Source of the DNA: Octopus sinensis
Taxonomy: Eukaryota
Direction: 5' to 3'
DNA length: 64,000 nt
Assembly (NCBI RefSeq): GCF_006345805.1
Contig: NC_042999.1
Coordinates: forward strand, 82,708,001-82,772,000
In this document: in pieces, positions 1 through 14,825 of the stretch
Layout: each line of letters opens with the position of its first letter
Numbering within the stretch: position 1 is the stretch's first letter
The notes under the pieces: model-generated
Database searches by the model: none
Told to the model about the DNA's origin: nothing
What the model saw: the letters and a program-made list of their open reading frames with translations, nothing else
Translations under genes and position numbers: made by a program

Positions 1-53
1 TCAGCACCTTTCATGGAAGGTTTCCTTGATGGAAGGTGTGTGTGAGTGTGTAC

Positions 54-95
<42 letters not shown>
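54..95. repeat. (GAAA)n microsatellite
   Basis: Direct tandem GAAA run. Confidence 0.95.
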
Positions 96-96
<1 letters not shown>

Positions 97-304
97 AGGA
101 GTAGTTGATCCCACTACTTCACTGGTATTTTAGTTATCGAGCCTTTACAGAAAAAAAAGAAAGCTGATCGCAGCAGGATATAAAGTCAAAGTGCAGAAAG
201 CAGGAACAAAAGACCTCAAAATACTCTCTCTGACTCACTTACTAAAGATAAATACGATAAATGCTAGCTCACTACCTTTACTCATGGAAAGACTACTGGT
301 TTCA

Positions 305-490
305 ATTTTTGGCACAAGGCCAGTAATTTTGGGGAAGGATGCCAGTCGATTACATTGACCCCAGTGCTCAACTGGTACTTATTTTATCAAACCTGTAAAG
401 GGTGAAAGGCGAAATTTGAACTCAGAGTTAAAGACAGACGAAATAAGCATTTTGCCCGACGTGCTAACTTTTCTGTCAGCACGCTGCCTT
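305..490 (-). mobile_element. tRNA-derived SINE family A, degenerate copy
   Basis: Reverse complement matches the cleaner copy at 31601-31816 (head AGGCGG..CTGGCAGAA, B-box-like GAGTTCAAAT, core AAATAAGTACCAG, tail GGCCTTGTGCC), with internal deletions. Confidence 0.8.
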
Positions 491-504
491 CATAGAAAAA
501 TTAC

Positions 505-700
505 TTTTTTCTACTCTAGGCACAAGGCCCGAAATTTTAGGGGAGGGGTCCAGTCGATCAGATCGACCCAGTACGGAACTGGTACTTAATTTAGCGACCC
601 CGAATTGATGAAAGGCAAAGTCGACCTCGGCGGAATTTGAACTCAGAATGCAGCGGCGGACAAAATACCTTAAGCATTTCGCTCGGTGTACTAATGTTTC
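505..700 (-). mobile_element. SINE family A copy, head truncated
   Basis: Matches the 31601-31816 copy over tail, core (GAAAGGCAAAGTCGACCTCGGCGGAATTTGAACTCAGAA) and part of the head. Confidence 0.85.
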
Positions 701-933
701 ATATTTCTTTATTGCCCACAAGGGGCTAAACACAGATGGGACAAACAAGGACAGATAAAGGGATTAAGTCGATTATATCGACTCCAGTGCGTAACTGGTA
801 CTTAATTTATCGACCCCGAAAGGATGAAAGGCAAAGTCGACCATGGCGGAATTTGAACTCAGAACGTAATGGCAGACGAACTACCGCTAATCATTTCGCC
901 CGGCGTGCTAACGTTTCTGCCAGCTCGCCGCCT
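701..933 (-). mobile_element. SINE family A copy with an alternative 3' tail
   Basis: Head and core intact (770-933: CGACCCCGAAAGGATGAAAGGCAAAGTCGAC...CTGCCAGCTCGCCGCCT). The tail at 701-770 differs from the neighbouring copies. The core resembles the Meta-type SINE central domain (from recall, not aligned). Confidence 0.85.
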
Positions 934-1564
934 GATCATAGAAAAAAATATTGGCAAGCAAAAGTATCGCCCTTAAAAGAATACGAACCAACATTTTTAC
1001 AACCTGGCACGGTATCGATTCAAAGAACAATATTTGTCATTTGGTACATGAGGACCTAGCAGATAAAGACATTAAGGGATTGTTATGTTGAGACAAGATG
1101 TAGCAATGTGAATTAAGAAATGGAATATGTTAACGTAAAAGCATTGCGATTAGCTTCTGTTGTAACAAAGTATCAAGACTTAGATATGGGCTCGGATTTG
1201 CAAGGATTTGTTTTGGCATACCATTCCGTTGCTGTATTAACAGATCACGTGTCATTTTATAAATTCATCACGTCATTGGCTCAGCTGCGTATTGTGAATT
1301 CGGATGACGGTAGCTTCTTCTGTACTTATCTGTGCGTATAGATGCGAGTGAGTTCTTGCTTCTATGTGTGTGTGGGGGGGGAGGTTCGTGTGGGCGTGTG
1401 TGTATGCATGTGTGTGAGTGTACGTTGCGTATGTACTATAGTTTATATGCATACACATATGTCAGTATATATACTTATAATTATCATGAGATTTGAATTG
1501 TGCAGTAACATGTGGTTGTGTTTGACTGAACCTTTTTGATAAAAACAATAATTCCGATGTTTAT

Positions 1565-1630
1565 ATGCAGCGTGTATATATATGTGTGTGTGTGTATGTA
1601 TGTATGTGTATATATATGTATATATATATA

Positions 1631-1710
<80 letters not shown>

Positions 1711-1774
1711 GTGTGTATATTTATACATATATATATATGTGTATATATGTATATATATATGTGTATATATATAT

Positions 1775-1864
<90 letters not shown>

Positions 1865-1932
1865 GTGTGTATATTTATACATATATATATGTGTATAATG
1901 TATATATATATATGTATATATGTATGTATATA

Positions 1933-1974
<42 letters not shown>

Positions 1975-1982
1975 ATATATAT
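1565..1982. repeat. Compound (TA)n/(TG)n microsatellite
   Basis: About 420 bp of interrupted TA/TG dinucleotides; source of several spurious ORFs. Confidence 0.95.
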
Positions 1983-2318
1983 GCGTTGGCTAGTCTTTCT
2001 TTCGCTTTATTCTCTCTCTCTCTATCTATTTGTGTCTACACGTAAAATTGTATGGATGTATAAATACATACGCACGCACACACACACACATGCACAAGCA
2101 TACACACGCATACGCACACATACGCACTCATGTACACACACCACACACATGTGTGTGTGTTTGTATGGACATGAATGATTGTAGCTGTAGTAAGTATACA
2201 TAAATATGCTTGCACACGAACGTATCTACTTGTTTTCCTCGTTTACTCCAAAAGATCTATACATTAATCAATCCACACACACGCATACAGATACATACAT
2301 ACATATATATATAGACAC

Positions 2319-2355
<37 letters not shown>

Positions 2356-2459
2356 TATATATATATACATACATATACATATATACATGTGTAGGTATAT
2401 ACACGTAGCAATATATATATATACATATGCATATACATATATATATCATATACATATGC

Positions 2460-2608
<149 letters not shown>

Positions 2609-3194
2609 TGCAGTGATCTCGCGCGTTGCGGAAACGTGTTCTTGAAAATTTTGCTATAGATAGCAATAGAGTTCCGTCAGTCGAAATTCTTTTTCCATTG
2701 ATTTTCTCGTTACATAGAAGTCAATGATCATGGAAACAGTGGGTGTAGAATACGCTTCGCATTACAAAATTCCATATTTCAACAAGAGATAAGATGACGA
2801 AAGTTACCATCACAGATAAACTCCATTTATTGATGACGCAGCTGTTTCCTCCACAAAAGTCATACGAAGCCTTATGAACAGATCCTCGCGAGTGTGCGAC
2901 CATTTAGTGTTTAGTATAAGCAGTGAAAGCTAAGACGAAATAATTGCTATTCCGTCGTGACTTCGCCCTCGACACACGCTCAGTTTGTTAACAACAGCCT
3001 GTGCATCGGTATTTATTTGGGGCGGGCTTGGCCTCCGAATCTGTGAAACCCGCAAATGCCGCTGTTAGGACCGGATTAACACCCATAGTGACCCTAGCAA
3101 CTAAAGAGACTTTCCTGCCCCTATATAGGATCTTTTTTTTTTTCGATTTCTTCCAACCACTTGAAGGTTTATCTTGCTCCAGTCCATTCAGCTG

Positions 3195-3328
3195 GCTAAA
3201 ATGAGTTGCAACTGTAATTCGAAAGGGCCAACCTTTTCACATTCTGTGTGGCTGAATCTCCTTCAGAACTATGTTAATGGTATGCATGTCTGTGGAGTAC
3301 AGTACTCAGCCACTTGCGCGTTAATTTT
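3195..3328 (+). mobile_element. 3' fragment of SINE family B
   Basis: GCTGAATCTCCTTCAGAACTATGTTAATGG...CTCAGCCACTTGCGCGTTAATTT resembles the tail of the 12169-12555 element read on its sense strand. Confidence 0.5.
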
Positions 3329-3399
3329 ATCCTCGTGTAGTAATGAAAAATGAAAGTGACATCTAATATTTACTGTAGTTATTTGTCTTTGATTTAACA

Positions 3400-3880
3400 A
3401 TGTGTCTATGTATCTATGTATCTATGTATTTCCTTTTTTTCTATGTATCTACTTTTCATTCGATCTATGTATCAGTCTACTGTGAAAATACTGATAAACA
3501 TTTAAAAACACAAAATGAATGCCACCTTCCTTTCAGTCACCACTCACTGTCACTCTCACTTCCTCTCTCTCCCTCTCCCTCTCTCTCTCTCTCTTTCTCT
3601 CTCTTTCTTTCTGTCTCACTTCCTCCCGCTTTTAATTGAATAATGTATGAATTTGTCTATGTATGTATTTATCTACTTTTCTTTCGATGTATGCATGTCT
3701 ACTCTGAAAACACTGATAAACAGTTAAAAACAAAAAAAGGAACACCACCTTCCTTCCAGTCACCACTCACTGTCTTTCTCACATTCTCTCTCTCACTTTC
3801 TCTCTCACCTCCTCTCTGTCCCTACTCTCTCCTGCTTTGCCACTTCTTTTATTTCTCAACACCTCTTATTTCTCTTTTTT
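3400..3880 (+). repeat. Diverged tandem duplication, unit about 225-240 bp
   Basis: TCTACT.TGAAAA.ACTGATAAACA.TTAAAAACA...CCACCTTCCTT.CAGTCACCACTCACTGTC occurs near 3476 and again near 3699. Confidence 0.8.
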
Positions 3881-4364
3881 TTTAACCTTTTTACCTCTTC
3901 CTTTGAAATTTTATGACAGACACCACAGGTACGTACGTAAAAAGACAAAAGTTAGCATATTAATATTATTGATGTGCGTGTTTAAGTATGAGTGTGCACT
4001 GCATAAAAATATATAAGCCCGACATGAGAATAACCAGCATCAACTTTGACACCGCAGAGGTAGCAGTAATAATAAGATTTCATGATGACAGCATGTATCG
4101 CAGAGATTGAGAAGCGGAAGGCAAAAACTATCCGAATATTTGGATGAACAAATCTAACAAAATCAACTCAAGTCATCTTATAAAATATCGATATGCAAGA
4201 TCCACACAAGATCTTTAGATGCCAAATCTGCTGTCAAAACCGTATGTCAAAGATTTCACTGCACAGACTTTTCACACAGTACTCTTTTTCTACCCGTTCC
4301 GCGACTGGGTCTCTGTATAATCTGAAAGACTAACGGTTGACACCAATTTTTTTCTCCCTCCTAA

Positions 4365-4413
<49 letters not shown>

Positions 4414-4452
4414 GATTCTTACTTCCCCTACCTCTCAAGCTCTTTCATGCTC

Positions 4453-4455
4453 TGT

Positions 4456-4538
<83 letters not shown>
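4453..4538. repeat. (GT)n microsatellite
   Basis: Long near-pure GT run. Confidence 0.95.
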
Positions 4539-4542
<4 letters not shown>

Positions 4543-4569
4543 TGTGCGTGTTTGTATGTGAGCGCGCGC

Positions 4570-5170
4570 GTAATGAATGAGCTAAAATACAAAAACACTA
4601 GAGAGACAAGTTTTTCACAAAAGTCTATTAGTTTCACTTTTGAAAACAAAAACAAAGGAGCTTTGACGTTTCGGACATAGAATACTTTATCAGAAAAAGG
4701 AAAAAAGGAAAATGAGAAAAGTGGTGGAAAAAAGAGAGAAAATTTAGGAGGTAGATGGCACTGATGTTCTATAGAGACGAGTTAAGAAGAGAGAAAGAGG
4801 CGAGGGCTGTATCCATGTAAATGAGAGTATCTGTTGAAGGAGAAGGGCATTGGTGGGTGAACGGCGCGAGGCACAGGGGCTTCGTCGGATTTGTGTGGTG
4901 TGGGACGTAAATGGATTAAATGTGAAGAGTTGTGGGAGCAGAAAACTGGGGGAACAGTGAAGAAATCAGTGTAGTAGGTGAGACACGAAGCAGGCAGAAG
5001 TAGGGGGAAAGTGAAAAAATAGATAAAGGTGGAAAACAATAAGTGGAAAATTAAATAGGTAAATATCCAGAAAAGGAAGCAGTTGTTCGTAAAAGAGTGT
5101 GTAAAAGGACAAAGAAGAGAAGATGCTTAAGAAATATACATGAACCATGTGATTATTGGAAAGAGTTACC
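4570..5170 (-). mobile_element. Probable PLE-derived 3' fragment with a degenerate hammerhead-like motif (4661-4698)
   Basis: Minus strand reads CTTTTT-CTGATAA-...-GAA-ACGT-C-AAAG. Stem I and the ACGT stem III match the other motifs here, but the core carries G8A and stem II is broken. Element boundaries are approximate. Confidence 0.35.
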
Positions 5171-5296
5171 AAACGGAGAGATACTTATCAAAAAAATTAT
5201 AAATAAAAGAATGCAACTGAAAAGTATATAAAAAAAACAAGTACAAGTACAAAGAAAAGGGTTGTAAAGTCAATAACATGGTATAGAAAGGATAAT

Positions 5297-5449
5297 TATT
5301 TACATTATTTACATTCAACGGATATTTGACCTCATCTTGTTTGTTGTTAACGTAACGTTTCGGCTGATCTACCCTCCAGCCTTCTTCAGGTGTCTTGGGG
5401 AAATTTCGAACCTGGGTTCCCATTCCTGAGGTATTTTTCGATGTTGTTG

Positions 5450-5513
<64 letters not shown>

Positions 5514-5673
5514 TAGGTCACTGCCAGGAATCAAACTCGGAATATTGGGGTTAAGAGCGCGGGCTACTAACCCCAAGATTCCGAGTTTGATTCCAAGCAG
5601 TGACCTGAACAATAATAATAATAATAATGTAAATAATGTACATAATTCCTCATCTCTTAAATATAGAACTGTA
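5297..5673. mobile_element. tRNA-headed, hammerhead-bearing short retroelement (family E), inverted composite insertion
   Basis: Minus-strand copy 5297-5553 (tail, hammerhead 5350-5394, (AAT)n, B box) fused to a plus-strand copy from about 5546 (partial A box, B box, (AAT)n, tail). Near-perfect 13-bp TSD TAG(A/G)AAGGATAAT at 5284-5296 and 5672-5684. Homologous to 40696-41012. Confidence 0.8.
5350..5394 (-). ncRNA. Type I hammerhead ribozyme-like motif (stem I degenerate)
   Basis: Minus: ACAC-CTGAAGA-A-GGCTG-gagggtagat-CAGCC-GAA-ACGT-T. Core and 5-bp stem II are intact. Confidence 0.6.
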
Positions 5674-6563
5674 GGAAGGATAATGTTAAGAGACAGAAAT
5701 GATTGGGAAAGGCAGAAAGTTATGGAAATCCTTTAGAGATAGTAAAATTTTCAAAAACCAAAGGTAATCAAATGTTGCAAGAGATACAGGGATGGTTTAA
5801 CGGTCAGTTCAAGGCGTAAAAAAAAAATGCGTAGTGGAGGTTTTGTGAAGAGGGAGAGAGATAGTAACAGTGATAGGAGATTATAGCGGAGCAAAAGAGG
5901 GAAGCCAAGAGAGATAATAGGTTGTTTGTTACGGTGTGTGCGTTAAACGTGTGTACTTTCATAATAATGTGTGTGTGTGTGTGTGTGTGTTTGTGTGTAT
6001 AGATATGAAAGATCAGTACACAAGCAAGCAATGAGTGGCAGATGGAAGGGGTTGAATGTTGGTGTGAGTGCGATCCATCAATCTGTCTATCTATCTACCT
6101 ATTTATCTATATTCATCTTTCTGTCTCTGTCTATCTAATTACCTGACAATCTAGCTAGCTAGCTATTTATCTAGATCCCTAAACTAGAAACCAATAAATA
6201 AACATTACCCTAGCCTATATTAGCATCTCAATGAAGGACAATCACGCAATATGAAAGAACGGTATAAGTAGGTGTGCACGTGCGCCTATGTCTCCGTATG
6301 ATTGTGTTCCTGCGTGTGTACACATGCGCATGTGTGTGTGAGTGTGTCAGCGTGTATGTGGAAGCATTTGTCTTCATGTATGCATATTTACATACATACA
6401 TATGTATGCATGTGCATACACACTTATACAAATACACTTACGTCTATACGTGACACACGCATAATATATATATGCAGAGAGATAAAAATGCGGGCTAAAA
6501 CATGCACACGAATACACGTTTACATATGTACAGCCATACAAACATCCATACACACGCACATAC

Positions 6564-6637
<74 letters not shown>

Positions 6638-7446
6638 GTATATATTCTCACATATGTGTGTGTATGCGTGTTTATATAAAAAAATGACAGAGAAGCAGAG
6701 AGGGAGAGCCATACAGATGGGACTTGTAGATTATTTATGAGATTCCAATATGGTTTAAACAACGAGAAGATAGATCCTCTGGCTAATTTTTCCTTCAAAA
6801 ATATTAATATTTTCAAAATAGTATCATTTAGAAATGAAATACACGAGTTCCTCACTGGGCATATATACATACATGTGACTGTGTGTGTGTGCGTGTGTGT
6901 GCACGCATGTGCGATATATACGTGTGTGCGCGTGTGTGTGTGTGTGTAAGTATATATATGCATGTATTAATATGACTGCAGATATGTGCGTGTATTGATG
7001 TGTGTGCATCTGTACGTATATATATATGTGTATGTGTGCGTGTGTGTGTGTGTGCTAGTGTGTGTGTGTGTATGTTCTACATATGTGTATATATATATAT
7101 ATATATGATACATAAAGGATGGCATAATATATTTCTACTTCGAAATTTCAGAGCCAGCATTCTTAGACATATTTTGCCTAAAGCAATTATATCTATCACA
7201 CAAAACACACACAAAAAAAAACATCTTTACATGATCATATACATTCATCACCATGAAACATTAAAATACAGGTCCACATACTCATGAACATACACCTGCG
7301 CGCGCATACCTTCATTTACGCTGACACAGAGAAAATCATATATATCGAGATACATTTTTAAGAGAGTGTGTTGCACATCTACCATTTAAAATCCTGTTGA
7401 TTTGCATGTATGCATACATACATACATATACATATACATATATATA

Positions 7447-7554
<108 letters not shown>

Positions 7555-7809
7555 CATACATATACATATATATGTATACATATATATAAATACATACATA
7601 CTTGCATGTATATATAAATATATATAAATACGCATATGTATATGCATACATACATATACACCTACGCACATATATACATATATACAGTTATACATATATA
7701 TTTGTCGGTTCATTGGATATTTCAGTTGCAAGACAGAAAACAGTTGTCTGCATGTGTATATAGGTATGAATAATGTGTATGAATATACATGTATGCATGT
7801 ATATATATA

Positions 7810-9440
<1,631 letters not shown>

Positions 9441-9554
9441 GTGTAATATATATATATATATATATAATATATATATATGCAAACATGTTTATGTGTTTAT
9501 ATCTATGTGTGTGTGTACGTTATTATTGTATATATTTTTGTGATTAGAAACGAT

Positions 9555-9612
<58 letters not shown>

Positions 9613-10189
9613 TCGTATGTTTCATGCTTTTATGATATATAAATATATATATATATATATGTATCTATATGTACCTGTGTATATGTGCACGCGCGCTTCG
9701 ATGTGTGTTGACCTTTCCGAAATATATAAAGGGAGGCATATAAACGCACATGTATATATATATATAAATGCATATATATGCTAGATATTTATGCATTAAC
9801 ATGTGTGCATACATAATCACATATCAGTCTATCAGTTTATCTATCTGTGTGTATGTGTGTGCGTATGTGTTTGTGTCTGTGTATGTGTGTAACTGCGCGT
9901 GCATGCGTATGTATCGGTAATGCATATGTATACATGCAAATATATTAACATAGTTCGAGTGAACATTTATTATTCATACAAGTCCTCCTACATATGCATT
10001 CATATATAACTTTGCATGTATTAATGTATGAATCCATACGGATGCACGCATGCGTGTATGTGTGCATATAAGAATGCATGTACGTATGTTATTGTATGCA
10101 ACCGTGTACGCATGCTCTATAATCTTGTGCACAATCACACATCTCAAGACACACATAGATATATTTGCATACTCACACATACATCATAT

Positions 10190-10248
<59 letters not shown>

Positions 10249-10790
10249 TACATACATATATATTTATATGTATATACATATATATACATATATACATATA
10301 TATATACATGCATATGTATATATTTGTATGTGTGTATATATATATATATATATATGTATATATTCAGTCACGGTGATGCATATTTACGCATAAATATTCA
10401 TTGGTACATATGGAACCATACGTGATTGATATGCGTGTGAAGTTACATGCAAAATTATGCATACGCCTCGGTATATACGTGTGTGTGTTTGTGTGTGTTT
10501 GATTGTCGGTGTCCTTATAAAGCCGAGTGTATTTTCTCGCTTACACACACACACACACACATACACACACACACACACACGCGCACACACACACATACAC
10601 AAATATCTATGTCCACGCGCGTGTGTATGCACGTACATTCACATACAAGCACACACTCGCGCACAAACGTACGCACATGCATACATATCGGTATACATGT
10701 TTGTGCGTAAATACTTCCAAATATATGTATGTAAATTTACCTTTTGCTAATATGCTCATACCACTGTGTGTGTATATATATATATATATA

Positions 10791-11110
10791 CGTATGTTTG
10801 AATGTATATATATATGTATGTGTACGTATGTACATACATAAGTATGTATGATTGTATATACATTCATACATATCTGTTCACATATAGTTATATATATATA
10901 TATATATAATATATATATATATATATACATACTCACTCACATACACACACACACACACACACATACACATACATATATATATATAAATATATATATATAA
11001 ATATATATATATACGTATGTTTGAATGTATATATATATGTATGTGTACGTATGTACATACATAAGTATGTATGATTGTATATACATTCATACATATCTGT
11101 TCACATATAG

Positions 11111-11157
<47 letters not shown>

Positions 11158-11235
11158 CTCACTCACATACACACACACACACCACACACACACATACATA
11201 TATATATATAATATATATATATATATAATATATAT
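10791..11235 (+). repeat. Tandem duplication, unit 223 bp
   Basis: CGTATGTTTGAATG...CTGTTCACATATAG...CTCACTCAC starts at 10791 and 11014; bounded by (TA)n. Confidence 0.9.
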
Positions 11236-12009
11236 ATACATGAATATATATATATGCGAACATGCAAACAGACACATACATGCATACATAAATACGTACT
11301 TACATATAAACACGAGTACATATATACATTCATACATACATACATATATACATACATACATACATACATACATACATACAAGATAACAGTTTTATTGGGG
11401 TTCTTTCCATTCTACATTGATAAATTTGCAATAGTATATTTATTTTATTCTTTTTATTTACTATTTTTTTCATGATTTCTTTTCGAAACTAGATTTTTGT
11501 TATCTCTTATTTTGTTTGATATTATTTTCTATACCAATAGTTTAACCATGCCAACTTATTGATCAATAACTGACAATCTGTAATGTCAGCCAGCTTAGTT
11601 GACAGGTGGATTAATATCTGATATGTGCAGTAAAAACACCAATTATATAAAGTTGATAACCATGTTGGACTAAAATTTAAATAAAGTGATATACATGAAG
11701 AAAAATATACATTAATGTTGTATATATCTCTCTTCCAAATTTAAGACCTTGTGCCCATGTTAGAAATCAATAACTTGTCAAACATTTCCTTTATATAAAC
11801 AGAATTTGTAAGTTTGGAAGGAAGTCGTAGTTTTGTGGGGATTGAAACAATCAGTTTAGTCAACCTGTTACACTGTATGTTTGCTTTATGGAGAAATGAA
11901 GAAACGAAAAGGAAGTTCAATAGCAGTCGGATTTGAACGCAAAATGAAAGGTACAAACTATATTTCCTAGTTATCCACGTTTCTATGCCTATGAATATAT
12001 GTCCTTAGT

Positions 12010-12130
12010 CCCTGAAAGGATGAAAGTTTAAGTCGACCGAGCCGAAATTTGTACTCAGAACATGAAGACGGACGAAATTTCGTTAAGCATTTTGTTCGGT
12101 GTGCTAACGATTCTGCCAGATCGGTGCCTT
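12010..12130 (-). mobile_element. SINE family A fragment (head and core)
   Basis: GAAAGGATGAAAG..AGTCGACC...GTGCTAACGATTCTGCCAG matches family A. Confidence 0.7.
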
Positions 12131-12168
12131 ACTGGTTTATATCATTACTAGTAGGTCATTGTTGAAGT

Positions 12169-12555
12169 TGGGAAGCACTCCGTCGGTTACGACGATGAGG
12201 GTTCCGGTTGATCCGAATCAACGGAACAGCCTGCTTGTGAAATTAACGTGTAAGTTGCTGAGCACTCCACTGACACGTGCACCCTTAACGTAGTTCTCGG
12301 GGATATTCAGCGTGACACAGAGAGTGACAAGGCCGGCCCCTTGAAATACAGGTACAACAGAAACAGGAAGTAAGAGTGAGAGAAAGTTGTGGTGAAAGAG
12401 TACAGCAGGGATCACCACCATCCCCTGCCGGAGCCTCGTGGAGCTTTTAGGTGTTTTCGCTCAATAAACACTCACAACGCCCGGTCTGGGAATCGAAACC
12501 GCGATCCTATGACCGCGAGTCCGCTGCCCTAACCACTGGGCCATTGCGCCTCCAC
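12169..12555 (-). mobile_element. Full-length tRNA-derived SINE family B
   Basis: Minus head GGAGGCGCAATGGCCCAGTGGTTAGG (A box) and GGTTTCGATTCCC (B box). 13-bp TSD TCATTGTTGAAGT at 12156-12168 and 12556-12568. Confidence 0.92.
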
Positions 12556-14384
12556 TCATTGTTGAAGTGACCTAACAATAACATAAAATGTTATAGAGTT
12601 ATGAAATATAAAAATGCATAATACACATATTTATACCTTTTATATTTATGTATTTCTTAAATCAATTGATTTTAGTGTCCTCAAATGCTAGTATCACCAC
12701 CTTAGTGGGATTTCATCACACCAAAATACCTATCAGTTTCTAAATGACTGGTTTTGCTTCGGTCTGAACAATTTGCCATTTCACAATTTACAAGTTTCAT
12801 CTACTTTTTTATTTAAATAACAACGACTTGACTTACCTGTTCAAGTCATCTCGAAGAGGCTGAGAATTTCATCAGATAGAAAAGATTCTAACTTAGCTTC
12901 TTCAATATCTCCTGCTATAGCTGACTTCCTTTACCAAAAGGCAAAACAGTTAAATGCTTTTCCCGTGCTTAGATGACAGCAAGGGTTTTACAAGATATGA
13001 TATGCCCAGATAATAGCTACTGTCATACTTAACAAAAGATGAAAGCTCACAAATAGACAATGCATAAAGTTTGGATTTTTGAATCGGGATTGCAGTCAGA
13101 CAATCCATGTGTTATTTTTTGACAAAACGCATTTTCCTGTTGACTACGCTCCCATATGTATAATTTTAACTGGAATTGTATTTACCTTTTATCGACATTA
13201 CATGGCCAATATACTTTACAAAATCGTTTAAAGTTCTCGGCTTAAAACTGCGCAGACTGAGGACGTTCACCATTGTCCATCATTAGATATATTCTTCACT
13301 ACCACACTATAAAATGCGACAGCATGCATTCTAATGGCAGCGTTTCATAGATAGCACAAGTCTATTTTCCTAACTACATTCCAGTTACCAAGAGCTTCTC
13401 CTTAGCTTGCGCTTGATCTAGTAATGCAACTTACTCGACTTAATGATTGCCATATCTTTCCAACTTCCGTGGCTATTCGTTTCCGCTGTCGGCAGTGTAA
13501 GCAAAACTCTGGTTGTTGAGAATAGTTCCACTCTGCTGCGGAGAAGGGAGTAGGGGAAAGGGAAAAGGGGGAAATGGAGATGAGGATGGGGAGAGTAAGG
13601 AGAGAGGGGAGAATGCTGAGGGAGAAAGAGAAGATGGGGAGGGGAGGGGGAAGAGTGGAAAATGGGGATGAGGAGAAACAGTCACAAAGCCAGCAGATAA
13701 GGAGCTTCATAATCTTTTATCAAGTTCTCGTTGGTACCTTTCTACTTTCGTAGAAAATTGCCAGGACTTATTAATTGCATAGTGATCAGGGGACAGCTCA
13801 ATGACGTCAATGCATATTCAAATTATTCCAGCATAGAATTCATTGATTAGAGCATTGATCTAAATGAACAGCCATTGTCAAAGACAATATACCACATGAT
13901 ATTGAGATGTCTTAAACAAGAACACTGCCAAATTAAATAACATTAAAATTGGAAATAGCTTAATCGCTTTCTGCTTAATTTGATTACGAGATATAAAACC
14001 ATGAAGCAAAAATGGCTGCTTTTCTGTTGTTTTGTATTTTTGTGGAATTTCAAGAGCACCCATTTAAATTCTGAGTTCAAATTCCACTGAGAAAGATTTT
14101 TTCTTTCATTAATCCGTGGTAGCAGTCAGATTCTGAGGTCAATATAATCGGTGATCCTCAGCATTAGTGGCCTTCTGCCACTATACGAATTGTATATGTA
14201 CCAGTTCCGTTAACAATGCACTTCTCTAAGATCACAGGTTCTGAAATGCTTTTAGACCCATATGCTCTGGTGTTTCTACAACATTTTATGGACCCTCTCT
14301 AGAACCTTGTAACTTATGCCGTTTTTTTTCTGGAACACCTCAGCAGCTCGGACTAAGTTGTCAAACGACTGCACCGACTGTTTT

Positions 14385-14600
14385 TCCGTCCTTGTTTTCG
14401 TATATATTCGATGCTTTCTTCTAAGGAATCTAATGCTCTTAGTTTAGTTTTTCCTTGGGGCTGGCCAGATTGGAGGAATCTCAAGATTAATCAGCCGAAA
14501 TTACGAGCATGATCTGGTTCTTGACTGAGGATAGAAAGCTTAGAATGACCCGTCCTTGTTTTTTTGTATCGTCTATCTGGATGTTTTCTTATCCCTTTTT
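14385..14600 (+). mobile_element. Dispersed repeat, second copy at 52235-52445 in opposite orientation
   Basis: Shared AAGGAATCTAATGC, TTGGGGCTGGCCAGA, GACTGA(A/G)GATAGAAA and CCGTCCTTG..TATCGTCTATCTGGAT; roughly 80% similar by eye. Class not determined. Confidence 0.7.
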
Positions 14601-14660
14601 GTATCACCTAGTTGTCCGGATCTTTTGCATTCCTGTCCCAATATATATATATATTTATAT

Positions 14661-14825
14661 ACGACAGACTTCTTTCAGTTTCCGTCTACTTAATCCACCC
14701 ATACAGCTTTGGTCGGCTCGAGACTATAGTAGAATACACATGGGCAAGGTGCCACGCAGTGGAAATAAACCTGAAACCATGTGGTTGGGAAACAAGCGTC
14801 TTACCGCACAGCCACGCCTGTGCCT
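14661..14825 (-). mobile_element. SINE family C, 5' half
   Basis: Matches the head of 28469-28874 (GGCGCAGGAGTGGCTGTGTGGTAAG, GGTTC..TCCCACTG, GACGGAAACTGAAAGAAG). Confidence 0.85.

Noticed and set aside
736-1059. 107-aa ORF (and 476-748)
   Set aside because: They lie mostly across SINE family A copies; chance open frames.
1226-1292. Cluster of CACGTG, TTATAAA, TCACGTCA and ATTGG motifs
   Set aside because: Short motifs with no CpG island, splice or transcript support; expected by chance in 64 kb.
5546-5610. tRNA-like sequence as a true tRNA gene (also 40897-40967 and the SINE heads)
   Set aside because: Acceptor and anticodon stems do not pair properly and each continues into a repeat body; treated as SINE heads.
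14525-14560. CTGAGGA/CTGAAGA...GAA strings in the 14385 and 52235 repeat
   Set aside because: No A15.1-U16.1 pair and no stem I can be formed, so it is not called a hammerhead.
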